DNA of 64,000 nt. Source: Bacilli bacterium (GTDB taxonomy: Bacteria > Bacillota_I > Bacilli_A > RFN20 > UBA1709). The stretch's first letter is position 1. Each line of letters starts with the position of its first letter. The notes under the pieces are model-generated. The model searched no databases. It was not told where the DNA came from and was given only the letters and a program-made list of their open reading frames with translations. The position numbers and the translations under genes are program-made. This document shows, piece after piece, positions 1 to 9,702 of this stretch. The DNA lies in the NCBI GenBank assembly GCA_034115825.1, contig JAXESU010000001.1, forward strand, positions 78,608-142,607. Direction: 5' to 3'.

Positions 1-682
1 TAACGTCATCAATATCTTTAATTGAACCATCTTTCATCTTAACAACTTTAGGCAATTTCATTGCTAGTTCTTGCAATGATTTTTTTGTTTTATCTTTAGC
101 TTTTTCTTCTAAATATTTGCCTAAAGTAATAATTACCACAATCATTGCACTTGATTCAAAATATAATCCATGATGTAAACTATCAATGTTATTGTGATTA
201 ATAAAAGCACTTATTAATAAATAAAGGCTATACAAATACGATAGAGTCGTTGAAATAAAAATTAAAGAATCCATATTTGGTGAACGTTTTATTAAATGCT
301 TAAGACCATAAATAATATAATCTTTATTGATAATTAAAATAATTAAAGCGAGTAATGCTTCTATACTTGCTTTAATAAGCATATCATTAATTAAATTAGG
401 TAACCCAATCATCGAACCCATCGATAAATAAAATAATGGTATAAATAATATTAAAGAGATAATAAACTGTTTAAATTTATTCTTCTTTTTATCTTTTTTA
501 ACATCATAACCTAACGATTGTAAATTTTTAATAACTTCATCTTTAGTTATCGATCCGTTTACTTCTAACGTATTTGATAAAAGTGATACATTACAATCAG
601 TTACATTGTCTAAACTACTAATCTTTTTTTCAATATTAGTCTTACAAGCCGCACAGCGAATGCCATCAACTTCAATTTTCAT
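1..682 (-). CDS. heavy-metal-translocating P-type (P1B) ATPase, N-terminal part; 3' end lies beyond the window start
   Basis: Absent from the ORF track because it runs off the edge. My translation starts at the ATG at 680-682, preceded by GGAGGTG. It reads MKIEVDGIRCAACKTNIEKKISSLDNV..., an HMA domain with a CxxC motif, followed by hydrophobic helices and ...YFESSAMIVVIITLGKYLEEKAK. Confidence 0.75.
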   Translation of the reverse strand, partial: MKIEVDGIRCAACKTNIEKKISSLDNVTDCNVSLLSNTLEVNGSITKDEVIKNLQSLGYDVKKDKKKNKFKQFIISLILFIPLFYLSMGSMIGLPNLINDMLIKASIEALLALIILIINKDYIIYGLKHLIKRSPNMDSLIFISTTLSYLYSLYLLISAFINHNNIDSLHHGLYFESSAMIVVIITLGKYLEEKAKDKTKKSLQELAMKLPKVVKMKDGSIKDIDDV

Positions 683-685
683 TTC

Positions 686-1402
686 TTACACCTCCATAAA
701 CGTGATTTCATGCTCATCATATGAATATAATTTCAAATTTTTATCTTGAAAGCAAAGAATATCATAACAATTTTCAATAAAGTTTGTTGCTAAAAATCTT
801 ACCATTCTTCCTCGATAAATCTTTCCATGCGTTTGTAACATACTACAACGTTCATTATTCTGTTTAACAAAATTAATTTTAATTATTTTAGCTTTAACAT
901 TATTTAATAATTTTGAATATTCATCACTTGCTAAATTAATGATAATATCATCTTCATTAAAATATTCACTAATCTTATGTTGATAAAAAGCTATTAAATC
1001 ACCTAATTCTTTTATCCGCTTGTTTAGTTCTAATCGATAAGAAGAAATACCATCAAAAGCTTTTAATATTCCATAAAGTCCACTTCCGATTAAAAGATGC
1101 TTTTTTAAATAATCTAATTCCTCATCATTTAATGTATTGGGTGAAATTTGTTTATAAACTAAACCATTATATTTAAAAAGGGCTGGAGCATTATTATGAT
1201 TAAAATCTTGATAATAATCGTATACTTTTTGTGCTAATTGTTCATTAATTCCCATTACTTTTTTTAAATATGGTAAACTAAATGTCTTTATAGTCGATGC
1301 AAGATTATTAGCTTCTTCTTGATAAACAGGTTTACTTGTTTCAAAGATTACTTCACTTTCTTCTTTTAATGCTTTTGCTGGACTTATATAGATATATAAC
1401 AT
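686..1402 (-). CDS. yaaA: YaaA/UPF0246 (DUF328) peroxide-stress family protein
   Basis: 238-aa ORF. The N-terminal MLYIYISPAK (SPAK motif) and the length are typical of the YaaA family. Confidence 0.7.
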   Translation of the reverse strand: MLYIYISPAKALKEESEVIFETSKPVYQEEANNLASTIKTFSLPYLKKVMGINEQLAQKVYDYYQDFNHNNAPALFKYNGLVYKQISPNTLNDEELDYLKKHLLIGSGLYGILKAFDGISSYRLELNKRIKELGDLIAFYQHKISEYFNEDDIIINLASDEYSKLLNNVKAKIIKINFVKQNNERCSMLQTHGKIYRGRMVRFLATNFIENCYDILCFQDKNLKLYSYDEHEITFMEV

Positions 1403-1463
1403 TACTTTTTCACCTCTTTTTTATTATAACATATTAATAAAATATCTCTTTAAAAAATGCTTA

Positions 1464-1493
1464 ACAAAAAAGAGTGAATCTCTCACTCTTTTA
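1464..1493 (-). terminator. rho-independent terminator after the feo operon (bidirectional shape)
   Basis: AGAGTGA (1471-1477) pairs with TCACTCT (1483-1489) across a 5-nt loop. An A-run flanks one side and a T-run the other. Confidence 0.7.
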
Positions 1494-1573
1494 TATAATA
1501 ACTAACTTGCTTTAGAAAAATAGGAAGGAATAAACTTTATGTTAAGAATTATCAAGTTAGTTATTCACGCTTA

Positions 1574-1756
1574 TTAACGCTTACAATCTTTTTTTACGGC
1601 TTTACGCATCTCTTTAATCATTCTTTTATTTTTCATACTGCAACAGGCACACTCACCTGTTGGTTGATGTTTAATTTTTTTATAAATTTCTTTACCAAAA
1701 ATATAACTAACAAAAGAAATGATAATAATAATTAATAATATTTCCCAAAATGTCAT
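1574..1756 (-). CDS. FeoB-associated Cys-rich small membrane protein
   Basis: 60 aa with one TM helix followed by GECACCSMK. It sits immediately downstream of feoB with a 1-nt gap. Confidence 0.75.
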   Translation of the reverse strand: MTFWEILLIIIIISFVSYIFGKEIYKKIKHQPTGECACCSMKNKRMIKEMRKAVKKDCKR

Positions 1757-1757
1757 A

Positions 1758-4031
1758 TTAACAACCTTTCTTACAAGCAGTTTTAGTATTATGTAAGCGG
1801 ATTATAATAATTGCAATAATTGCTACTATCGCAAAAATAAAACTTGTCCACCAATAAGTACCAATAACAAATATTGCCATTGAAACTACATAAGAAGTAA
1901 CAATCCAGAAAATAAGTGTCCCTCTAAAGGCTTTTTTACCTAGTTCACCTTTTGCAGTAGCTACCGCAGCGAAACAAGGAATAGTGGTCATATTAAAGGC
2001 AATAAATGCAATTAATCCTGGTATAGTAATTCCAGTTGCATTAATCATTGAAACAACTTCTAAAATACCATCTTCGGAGGCAATGTAACCACCAGCCACA
2101 CATGCAGCTAATGTACCAAATGTTGCGATTACATTTTCTTTAGCAATTAAACCTGTAACTGCAGCTACAGCAAATACCCAAACAAAATTATTTAAGTTGC
2201 TACCAAAACCAAGAGGAGCAAAGATAGGAGCAACTAAATTACCAAAACCACCTAAAATACTTTCATTCATTCGTAAGTTAGCAATAATTTCTTCACCATC
2301 ATGAACAATTGTTTCTGGTAAAAATTCATATGAGAATGAAAAACTAGATAAGAACCAAATCACAATTGTTGAAGCCAAGATAATTGTGAAAGCTTTTTTA
2401 ACATAGTGTTTAACTTTGTCCCATAAATGGATCATCAATGCTTTAAATTGTGGACGATGATAACTTGGAAGTTCCATAATAAATGGAGGTACTTCTCCTT
2501 TCATCGTTGTATGACGCATTATAATAACAGTTACAATCGCAGTCGTCATACCTAATAAATACATTGAATAAGTAATAACATCTGCATTACCTACTCCAAA
2601 TAAGGTAACAATTCCACCTGCAATAGCTGTTAAAATAGGAAGTTTTGCACCACAACTAAAGAATGGAATAACTCTAATTGTAGCTGTTCGTTCATTATCA
2701 TCTGCTAATGTTCTAGTATTAACAATAGCCGGAACCGAACATCCAAACCCCATAATCATAGGCATAAATGCTCTTCCTGATAAACCAAATTTCCTAAAAA
2801 TACGATCTAAAATAAAGGCAACACGAGCCATATAACCTGAGTCTTCTAAAATTGAAAAGAATAAGAATAAAAATAATATTTGTGGAATAAAACTTAATAC
2901 ACCAAATATGCCAGCTAATACACCATCATTAATAAAACTTTGAACCCATAGTGGTGCGCTCGAAATTGAACTTGCAACAAATTCTCCTAAACCTCCTGTT
3001 AAGCTTTCAACTAAACTAAACAAGATCATCCCTGGTGATTTTAAACCATCACTAGTCCATATTAGTCCTTCAAACATTGTTCCACTAAAACTAGCTTCGA
3101 CATTTTCAAACAATTTGCCTAAATACAAGAAATTTTCACTAAATGTTAAATGGAAAATAGCAAATAAAATCAATAGAAAAATTGGGATACCTAACCATTT
3201 ATTAGTTAAAATTTTATCAACTTTATCTGATTTTGTCTCTTTGATACTCTCATTACTTTTTGTTTTAGCAATTGCAAAATTTTTAGCAATATATTTATAA
3301 CGTGCATCAGCAACAATTGCTTCTAAATCATCACCGAATGTATCATCGTTAAAGGTCTTTTTAAAGTTATCAACAATATTAACCAAATTTTGATGATTTT
3401 TAACTTCTATTTCATCATTTTCAACTAGTTTTATTGCATGAAATAATGGATTATCAACATTTAATGCTTCAAATGCTATTTTTACATCTTTAATTAAATG
3501 TGTAATTGGGCTTTTTTCCAATACTGTTTGACCAAGTCGTTTATTATTACTTGCAATGTAAGCTTTCTTCATTAATTCATTGATATTTTCTTCTTTTTGA
3601 GCCGAAATTGGTATAACAGGAACTCCCATTTTCTTTTCCAATATCATCGGATCAATGCTATCGCCATTTTTACGAACGATATCCATCATATTTAAGGCAA
3701 TAACAACTGGTACATCCATTTCCATAACTTGTGTTGTTAAATATAGATTTCTTTCTAAATTAGTAGCATCAATAATATTAATAACACAATCAGGTTTTTC
3801 ATCTAAAATATAATTTCTAGAAATAACCTCTTCTGGTGTATATGGTGACAATGAATAGATACCTGGTAAATCAATAATCGAAATAGGTTCTTCTAGTTTT
3901 TTATAAACCCCTTCTTTTTTATCAACAGTTACACCTGGCCAGTTTCCAACATGAGCTGTTGAACCAGTTAAACTATTAAAAAGTGTTGTTTTACCACAAT
4001 TTGGGTTACCAATCAGTGCAAAACGTTTCAT
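1758..4031 (-). CDS. feoB: ferrous iron transporter FeoB
   Basis: 757 aa. The N-terminal GTPase has the G1 motif GNPNCGKTTLFN and DLPGIYSL. A polytopic membrane domain follows. Confidence 0.95.
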   Translation of the reverse strand: MKRFALIGNPNCGKTTLFNSLTGSTAHVGNWPGVTVDKKEGVYKKLEEPISIIDLPGIYSLSPYTPEEVISRNYILDEKPDCVINIIDATNLERNLYLTTQVMEMDVPVVIALNMMDIVRKNGDSIDPMILEKKMGVPVIPISAQKEENINELMKKAYIASNNKRLGQTVLEKSPITHLIKDVKIAFEALNVDNPLFHAIKLVENDEIEVKNHQNLVNIVDNFKKTFNDDTFGDDLEAIVADARYKYIAKNFAIAKTKSNESIKETKSDKVDKILTNKWLGIPIFLLILFAIFHLTFSENFLYLGKLFENVEASFSGTMFEGLIWTSDGLKSPGMILFSLVESLTGGLGEFVASSISSAPLWVQSFINDGVLAGIFGVLSFIPQILFLFLFFSILEDSGYMARVAFILDRIFRKFGLSGRAFMPMIMGFGCSVPAIVNTRTLADDNERTATIRVIPFFSCGAKLPILTAIAGGIVTLFGVGNADVITYSMYLLGMTTAIVTVIIMRHTTMKGEVPPFIMELPSYHRPQFKALMIHLWDKVKHYVKKAFTIILASTIVIWFLSSFSFSYEFLPETIVHDGEEIIANLRMNESILGGFGNLVAPIFAPLGFGSNLNNFVWVFAVAAVTGLIAKENVIATFGTLAACVAGGYIASEDGILEVVSMINATGITIPGLIAFIAFNMTTIPCFAAVATAKGELGKKAFRGTLIFWIVTSYVVSMAIFVIGTYWWTSFIFAIVAIIAIIIIRLHNTKTACKKGC

Positions 4032-4273
4032 TAATTATTACCCCCATCCATTTCCAATGTTACTAAGTTTGCTTCTACTTTTCTTAAAGTTAGTTCATAT
4101 CCACGAATCGTGATTTCTAATGGATCACCTAGAGGTGCTCTTTTTTTCAATATAACATATGCTCCAGGCGTAACTCCCATGTCAAATAATCGTCTACGAA
4201 GACGACCTTCGCCACTAACCATCTTAATTGTTCCTTTTTCTCCAATGTTAAATTCATCTAACTTTTTAATCAT
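4031..4273 (-). CDS. feoA: FeoA family protein
   Basis: SH3-like FeoA sequence (GEKGTIKMVSGEGRLRRRLFDMGVTPGA). I place the start at the internal ATG (MIKKLDEF) 8 nt after GGAGGG; the track ORF extends to 4288. Confidence 0.85.
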   Translation of the reverse strand: MIKKLDEFNIGEKGTIKMVSGEGRLRRRLFDMGVTPGAYVILKKRAPLGDPLEITIRGYELTLRKVEANLVTLEMDGGNN

Positions 4274-4288
4274 AAAATAGCCCTCCAT

Positions 4289-4501
4289 TTATGCAACTAA
4301 TATTTTGGTAGCAATATTTTTATCTAAAGCAATTCGTCCTTCTTTAATTACTAAAACGACACTTCCATTACTTTTTGATAAAATATTCACCGTTTCATTG
4401 ACAACTATCCCTAAACTTTCGAGATGTTTCTTTAATTTTTGATCAACCAGTACTTTAATTATTCTTAAATTTTGATTTAATGGCGCAATAACTAATGGCA
4501 T
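4289..4501 (-). CDS. feoA: FeoA family protein (second copy)
   Basis: FeoA-like, ~70 aa. I choose the start MPLVIAPLN at 4499-4501 because GGAGG lies 8 nt upstream; the track ORF extends to 4537. Confidence 0.75.
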   Translation of the reverse strand: MPLVIAPLNQNLRIIKVLVDQKLKKHLESLGIVVNETVNILSKSNGSVVLVIKEGRIALDKNIATKILVA

Positions 4502-4519
4502 ATTTATACCTCCTTTGTT

Positions 4520-4570
4520 GTTAGCGATAACTAACAACTAATCTTTAAATAAAAGTTAGCAATAACTAAC
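4520..4570 (-). promoter_or_regulatory. two copies of a 16-bp palindromic operator candidate in the feo promoter/5'UTR
   Basis: GTTAGCGATAACTAAC at 4520-4535 and GTTAGCAATAACTAAC at 4555-4570. Each has GTTAG/CTAAC inverted arms, and the copies are 35 bp apart start to start. One lies just downstream of the -10 and the other abuts the RBS. Confidence 0.5.
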
Positions 4571-4578
4571 TGACTATA

Positions 4579-4607
4579 AGTGTACTCTTTTTAAGCCGTT
4601 TTGTCAA
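4579..4607 (-). promoter_or_regulatory. candidate sigma-A promoter of the feoA-feoA-feoB operon
   Basis: On the minus strand: TTGACA (4602-4607), a 17-nt spacer, then TACACT (4579-4584). Confidence 0.45.
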
Positions 4608-4614
4608 TATTTCG

Positions 4615-4645
4615 CATAAAAAAAATAGTCTCTTTAAAGAGACTA
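4615..4645 (-). terminator. rho-independent terminator of the aminopeptidase gene
   Basis: Perfect palindrome TAGTCTCTTTAAAGAGACTA (4626-4645) followed by T8 on the minus strand. It overlaps the stop codon. Confidence 0.8.
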
Positions 4646-6004
4646 TAATTTTTCTAAGAAAGTTTTATATGCTAAATAGCCTTCATAAACATCTACTTTT
4701 GAAACAATTTCCATTGGTGAATGCATATTTAAAACAGCAATACCTGCATCAATAACATTCATATTGTAATTGGCTAATAAATAAGCAATAGTACCACCGC
4801 CGCCTTGATCAACTTTACCAAGTTCAGCTGTTTGGAAATAAATGTTATTTTCATCCATAATCTTTCTTAAACTAGCAATAAAATCTGGATTGGCATCATT
4901 ACAACCGCTCTTACCACGAGAACCTGTATATTTATTAAATACGATACCTCTTCCTAAATATGCACTATTTTTTAGTTCGTTAACACCTAAATATAAAGGA
5001 TCAACGCCAGCAGAAACATCACTTGAAAGCATATTAGAATTTGATAAACAACGTCTTACTTTTAAATCAATATAGTTGCCTTCTAAGTTAACTAATTCAG
5101 CAACGACATTTTCAAAGAATAAAGATTGAGCACCTGTTGCACCAATACTACCAACTTCTTCTTTATCAGTTAAAATACAACATGCTGTTTTCTTAACATC
5201 TTGAGCATCTAATAGAGCCATTAATGATGTATAAGCACATACTCTATCATCATGACCATACCCTGCTACCATTGAGCGATCTAAACCATAGTCACGTGAA
5301 GAAGCAGCAGGAACAACTTCAATTTCAGCACTTAAGAAATCTTCTTCTTCAATATCATATTTTTCTTTTAAGATATTTAAAAGATAATTTTTAGGAGATG
5401 CTTTATCATCCATTGATGGAATACTACCAACAGTTACATCTAAATCTTCACCTTCAATGACTTTTGCTGCACTCTTTTGCATTTGATCAGCTGAAAGGTG
5501 AATTAACAAATCAGAAATACCAACGATTGGATCATTTGCATCATCACCAACATGAACTTCGACTTTAGTTCCATCTTTTTTGTAAACAACACCATGTAAT
5601 GAAAGTGGCATTGTTACCCATTGATATTTTTTAATACCACCATAATAGTGAGTATCAAGTAGAGCGAATCCTTCTTTTTCATACAAAGGATTTTGTTTAA
5701 TATCAATTCTTGGTGAGTCAATATGAGCGCCTAAAATATTCATACCATTTTCAAGTGGCTCTTCACCGATGACAAATAAAGCAATGTTTTTATCACGATT
5801 ATTAGCATAAACTTTATCGCCTTTCTTTAATGATTTAAAACTAGTTAAAGGTTTAAATCCTTTTTCTTCTGCTAATTTAATTGTTTCATAAATAAATAAA
5901 CGTTCGGTTTTACCTTTTGTTAAAAAAGATTTATATCCTTCATTAAAATCCATAACTACATTTAAGTTATCTTTATATTTTTTCCATGCATTTTTTGAAT
6001 ACAT
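4643..6004 (-). CDS. M18-family aminopeptidase (aspartyl aminopeptidase-like)
   Basis: 453 aa. Motifs GAHIDSPRIDIK, HYYGGIKKYQW, GYGHDDRVC and the C-terminal NMHSPMEI are typical of the M18/M42 aminopeptidase fold. Confidence 0.75.
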   Translation of the reverse strand: MYSKNAWKKYKDNLNVVMDFNEGYKSFLTKGKTERLFIYETIKLAEEKGFKPLTSFKSLKKGDKVYANNRDKNIALFVIGEEPLENGMNILGAHIDSPRIDIKQNPLYEKEGFALLDTHYYGGIKKYQWVTMPLSLHGVVYKKDGTKVEVHVGDDANDPIVGISDLLIHLSADQMQKSAAKVIEGEDLDVTVGSIPSMDDKASPKNYLLNILKEKYDIEEEDFLSAEIEVVPAASSRDYGLDRSMVAGYGHDDRVCAYTSLMALLDAQDVKKTACCILTDKEEVGSIGATGAQSLFFENVVAELVNLEGNYIDLKVRRCLSNSNMLSSDVSAGVDPLYLGVNELKNSAYLGRGIVFNKYTGSRGKSGCNDANPDFIASLRKIMDENNIYFQTAELGKVDQGGGGTIAYLLANYNMNVIDAGIAVLNMHSPMEIVSKVDVYEGYLAYKTFLEKL

Positions 6005-6064
6005 AATATCACCATCCTTATTATTTATACTATGCTAATTAAATTAATAAATCAATTATTTTAC

Positions 6065-7825
6065 TTAATTTGTTTCAAATTGAGCGTTATATAATTCTTT
6101 ATATGCTCCATTTTTGGCAATCAACTCTTCATGATTACCTTTTTCAACAATATCTCCATCTTTTAAAACTAAAATAACATCAGCATTTTTAATCGTAGAT
6201 AAGCGGTGAGCAATTACAAATGAAGTACGATCTTTTGTTAAGCGATCCATTGCTTCTTGAATAACTTTTTCTGTTTTGGTATCAACATTACTTGTTGCTT
6301 CATCAAGAATTAATAAACTAGCTTTTCTTAACATTGCTCTAGCAATCGTTAGTTGTTGTTTTTGACCATTAGATAAGGCCATCTTTTCATCAATGATTGT
6401 ATCAAGTTTATGAGGTAAGGTATTAATAAAGTGTTTTAATCCAACTGCTTTTAAAGCCTTATAAATTTCTTCATCACTAATGTTTTGTTGATTATAAACT
6501 AAATTTTCACGAATTGTTCCATTAAAAAGCCAAGTATCTTGAAGAACCATTGCAAATTGTTCATGGACATTTTCACGTGTTAATTCACTTGTATCTATTC
6601 CATCAATGTAAATATGGCCTTTGTTTACTTCATAAAAGCGCATTAACAAATTTACTAATGTTGTTTTGCCTGCTCCTGTTGGACCAACAATAGCAATTTT
6701 TTGACCTTTTTTAACATCTAATGAAAAATCTTTAATAATGATTCGATCACTATTATAACCGAATTGAACATGATCAAATACAACATTACCCATTGTATCA
6801 CTTGCTAATAAACATTTTTCTTTATGACTTTCGTCACTAAGTTCTTCTTCTTCAAGAATTTCAAATACTCTTAATGCTGAGGCACTAGCTGATTGTAATT
6901 GGCTAGTTGCTTGAGCGATAGTATTTAATGGTTGGGTAAATAAACGAATATATACCATAAAGGCAGTAATTGTTCCTAAACTTACGCCATCGACCCCATT
7001 CATCATAAGAATTGTAGCAACAACAAAAACACTTGCATAACTTAGGTTACCTAAAAAAGTCATTAATGGTTGTAGAGTACCAGAATAAAATTGTGACTTA
7101 TAATCACAAGTATATAAAGCATCACTATATTTACTAAACTTTTCATATGATTGTTTTTCACCATTGTATGCTTTGATAACGTTATGTCCACTATATATCT
7201 CTTCAATATGACCATTAATTTTACCTAACTCTTTTTGTTTTCGAATAAAGTATTTTTGAGATCTTCTAATTATTAGAATAACGATACTAAATCCTAATAA
7301 TGAAACTACTATTACAACAAGAGCTAAAATGTAGTTAATAACAAACATCATAACAGTAGAACCAACAAGTAAAATAATTCCACTAATCAAATGCGATGAT
7401 GCACGATTTAAAGTATCAGATAATGTGTCAACATCATTACTAACTCTACTTAAAATATCTCCAACTGTTGTATTATCAAAATAGCGAAGTGGTAAAACAT
7501 TAATTTTATCATCAATGTCTTTTCGTAAACTATATGAAATTCTTTGAGTAACTGTAGCAATAATAAATCCTTGTAAATAGTTAAAGACATACGCCAAACT
7601 GTAAATAATAACTAAAAATATTCCTACTCTATTAATGACTTGATAATCAATACTTTCTCCTCGAACTATACCAACAATTTCATCAGTTAATACTTTTAAT
7701 TGAGTAGGACCAATAATTGTAAAGATAGTTGCGATAATTGCTAAAATAATTGCTGGAATTAATAATTTATAATAACTTTTAATATAGATTAATAATTTGA
7801 CTAAAGGAGATTTATTCTTTTTCAT
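6065..7825 (-). CDS. ABC exporter, fused permease/ATP-binding subunit (multidrug type)
   Basis: Six-TM domain plus an NBD with Walker A GPTGAGKTT, signature LSNGQKQQ and Walker B LLILDEATS. The start MKKNKSPL at 7823-7825 follows GGAGGAAA; the track ORF is longer. Confidence 0.85.
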   Translation of the reverse strand: MKKNKSPLVKLLIYIKSYYKLLIPAIILAIIATIFTIIGPTQLKVLTDEIVGIVRGESIDYQVINRVGIFLVIIYSLAYVFNYLQGFIIATVTQRISYSLRKDIDDKINVLPLRYFDNTTVGDILSRVSNDVDTLSDTLNRASSHLISGIILLVGSTVMMFVINYILALVVIVVSLLGFSIVILIIRRSQKYFIRKQKELGKINGHIEEIYSGHNVIKAYNGEKQSYEKFSKYSDALYTCDYKSQFYSGTLQPLMTFLGNLSYASVFVVATILMMNGVDGVSLGTITAFMVYIRLFTQPLNTIAQATSQLQSASASALRVFEILEEEELSDESHKEKCLLASDTMGNVVFDHVQFGYNSDRIIIKDFSLDVKKGQKIAIVGPTGAGKTTLVNLLMRFYEVNKGHIYIDGIDTSELTRENVHEQFAMVLQDTWLFNGTIRENLVYNQQNISDEEIYKALKAVGLKHFINTLPHKLDTIIDEKMALSNGQKQQLTIARAMLRKASLLILDEATSNVDTKTEKVIQEAMDRLTKDRTSFVIAHRLSTIKNADVILVLKDGDIVEKGNHEELIAKNGAYKELYNAQFETN

Positions 7826-9569
7826 TTTCAATTTCCTCCTTTGATAATTGCGATAAAGCAATTTGATAATAGGCATCACAGTCATTTAATAGTTGATGGT
7901 GATTTCCGATACCGGCAATTTTTCCATCTTCTAAAACAATAATTTTATCAGCATTAATAATTGTTCCAATACGTTGAGCAACAATAATGGTTGTTGTATC
8001 TTTCAACTTTTCTTTTAATGACAAACGTAAGTTTTTATCAGTTTTAAAATCTAATGCACTAAATGAATCATCAAAGATAACAATTTCGGGTTTTCTAGCT
8101 AAAGCCCTAGCAATATTTAAACGTTGTTTTTGCCCACCAGAAAAATTACTTCCTAATTGTGCAACAAATGCTTTTTCTTTTTTGTCTAATTTATTGACAA
8201 AATCTAAACTTTGAGATATTTCTAACGCTAAGTCAATATCTTCTTTTGTTGCATTATTATCTCCTAAATTTAAGTTAGATTCAATATCACCTTTAAAAAG
8301 AACAGCCGTTTGCGAAACATATCCTATTTTTTGATGCAAAGTCTCTTGTTTATAATCTTTAACATTTATATCATCAACGAGAACTTCACCACTTGTTACA
8401 TCATAAAAACGAGGGATAAGATTAACTAAAGTTGTTTTACCACTTCCTGTAGCTCCGATAATCGCAACAGTTTCACCTTTATTGGCGATAAATGATATAT
8501 TTTGAATAACTTCTTCTTCGCCTTTTTCATAAGAAAAAGAAACATTTCTAAATTCTACTTTACCTTTAATTTCTGTATCTTGACTAAATTCTCCATCCTT
8601 TATGATTACACTTGTATCAAATACTTCATTTACACGACGAACACATACTAATGTTCTTGGAATCATCGATGAAATAATAATAATCATCATAAATGCCATA
8701 ACGACTTGAATAACATATTGCGTAAATGCTTGCATGCTACCAATTAGAATTGCTTGTTCATTAGATGGAGTTGTTTTCATTAAATATGCTCCAATCCAAT
8801 AAATGACTAAAGTTATCGAAGACATTGCCAAAGTCATTGTTGGTTGTAAGAAAGCTAATCGACGGTTAATTGCTAAATAATTATCTGCCATATTTTTATT
8901 TGCTTTATCAAATTTTTGTTCTTGATAATCATTAGCATTATAAGCTCTAATTACACGTATGCCACTTAAATTTTCTTTAGTAATATCATTTAATTTATCT
9001 GTTAATGTTTGAACCTTTTTAAACTTTGGAATACATACACCAATTATAATGATAATGGTAATTATAACGATAGCGATGATAATTGATGATGAAAGTGTCC
9101 ATTGCCAAGCACCACTTGACATTCTTGCTATCGACCAAATTGCTAATACTGGTGCCTTTACCAAAACAGCTAAACCCATTGCAAACATCATTTGAATTTG
9201 AACAATATCATTTGTTGTACGGGTAATTAAACTAGCATGAGAAAAATAATTTATTTCATTTAAAGAAAAAGATTGTACTTTATTAAAAACATCTTTTCTT
9301 AACGTTCTTGCAATATTTGCTGAAATTTTTGAACTACAAAAACCAGTCAAAATCGCACATACTAGACTTACTAATGCACATAGCATCATAAATCCACCAT
9401 TAGTTAAAACTCTCTCTAAGCTTAAATCACCACTGCTTGCAATAGTTGCAAGATTAGCTGAATAATCGAGTAATTTTAAATCAAAATAAACTTGAGTTAT
9501 GATTAATATCATAATAAAGAAAGCAAAAAGCCTATCTTTTAATGTAAATCTTTTTAAAATTTTCAACAT
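7812..9569 (-). CDS. ABC exporter, fused permease/ATP-binding subunit (partner of 6065-7825)
   Basis: 585 aa with Walker A GATGSGKTT, signature FSGGQKQR and Walker B IVIFDDSFS. It overlaps the downstream partner gene by 14 nt. Confidence 0.85.
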   Translation of the reverse strand: MLKILKRFTLKDRLFAFFIMILIITQVYFDLKLLDYSANLATIASSGDLSLERVLTNGGFMMLCALVSLVCAILTGFCSSKISANIARTLRKDVFNKVQSFSLNEINYFSHASLITRTTNDIVQIQMMFAMGLAVLVKAPVLAIWSIARMSSGAWQWTLSSSIIIAIVIITIIIIIGVCIPKFKKVQTLTDKLNDITKENLSGIRVIRAYNANDYQEQKFDKANKNMADNYLAINRRLAFLQPTMTLAMSSITLVIYWIGAYLMKTTPSNEQAILIGSMQAFTQYVIQVVMAFMMIIIISSMIPRTLVCVRRVNEVFDTSVIIKDGEFSQDTEIKGKVEFRNVSFSYEKGEEEVIQNISFIANKGETVAIIGATGSGKTTLVNLIPRFYDVTSGEVLVDDINVKDYKQETLHQKIGYVSQTAVLFKGDIESNLNLGDNNATKEDIDLALEISQSLDFVNKLDKKEKAFVAQLGSNFSGGQKQRLNIARALARKPEIVIFDDSFSALDFKTDKNLRLSLKEKLKDTTTIIVAQRIGTIINADKIIVLEDGKIAGIGNHHQLLNDCDAYYQIALSQLSKEEIENEKE

Positions 9570-9625
9570 ATTTTGACCTCCTTTTTTTGTACCTATCTAT
9601 TTTAGCAATTAACCCTTTTTTTAAC

Positions 9626-9656
9626 AATAAACAATATTTGATTTTAGTTGTTTATT
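9626..9656. promoter_or_regulatory. inverted repeat, possible TetR operator in the divergent intergenic region
   Basis: AATAAACAA (9626-9634) and TTGTTTATT (9648-9656) are perfect 9-bp inverted arms. They lie between the ABC exporter operon and the TetR gene. Confidence 0.3.
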
Positions 9657-9702
9657 TGACTTTTTTCTAATAAGTGTCTATTATTTTATATAGGTGATAT
9701 TT

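Noticed and set aside
3115-3300. Antisense or shadow ORFs in the track: 3115-3300, 4842-5075, 7987-8214, 10277-10522, 10541-10738, 11860-12084, 13140-13337, 16590-16793, 19135-19326, 19426-19664, 25208-25456, 27876-28115, 28219-28458, 30370-30555, 32311-32667, 34292-34747, 37287-37562, 42096-42344, 44249-44431, 52426-52617, 53146-53760, 54757-54951, 55814-56035, 58018-58209, 62058-62243 and 63807-63992
   Set aside because: Each lies entirely inside a longer, motif-supported gene on the opposite strand. They have low-complexity, hydrophobic or Ser/Leu/Ile-rich translations and no RBS, as expected for chance ORFs in AT-rich DNA.
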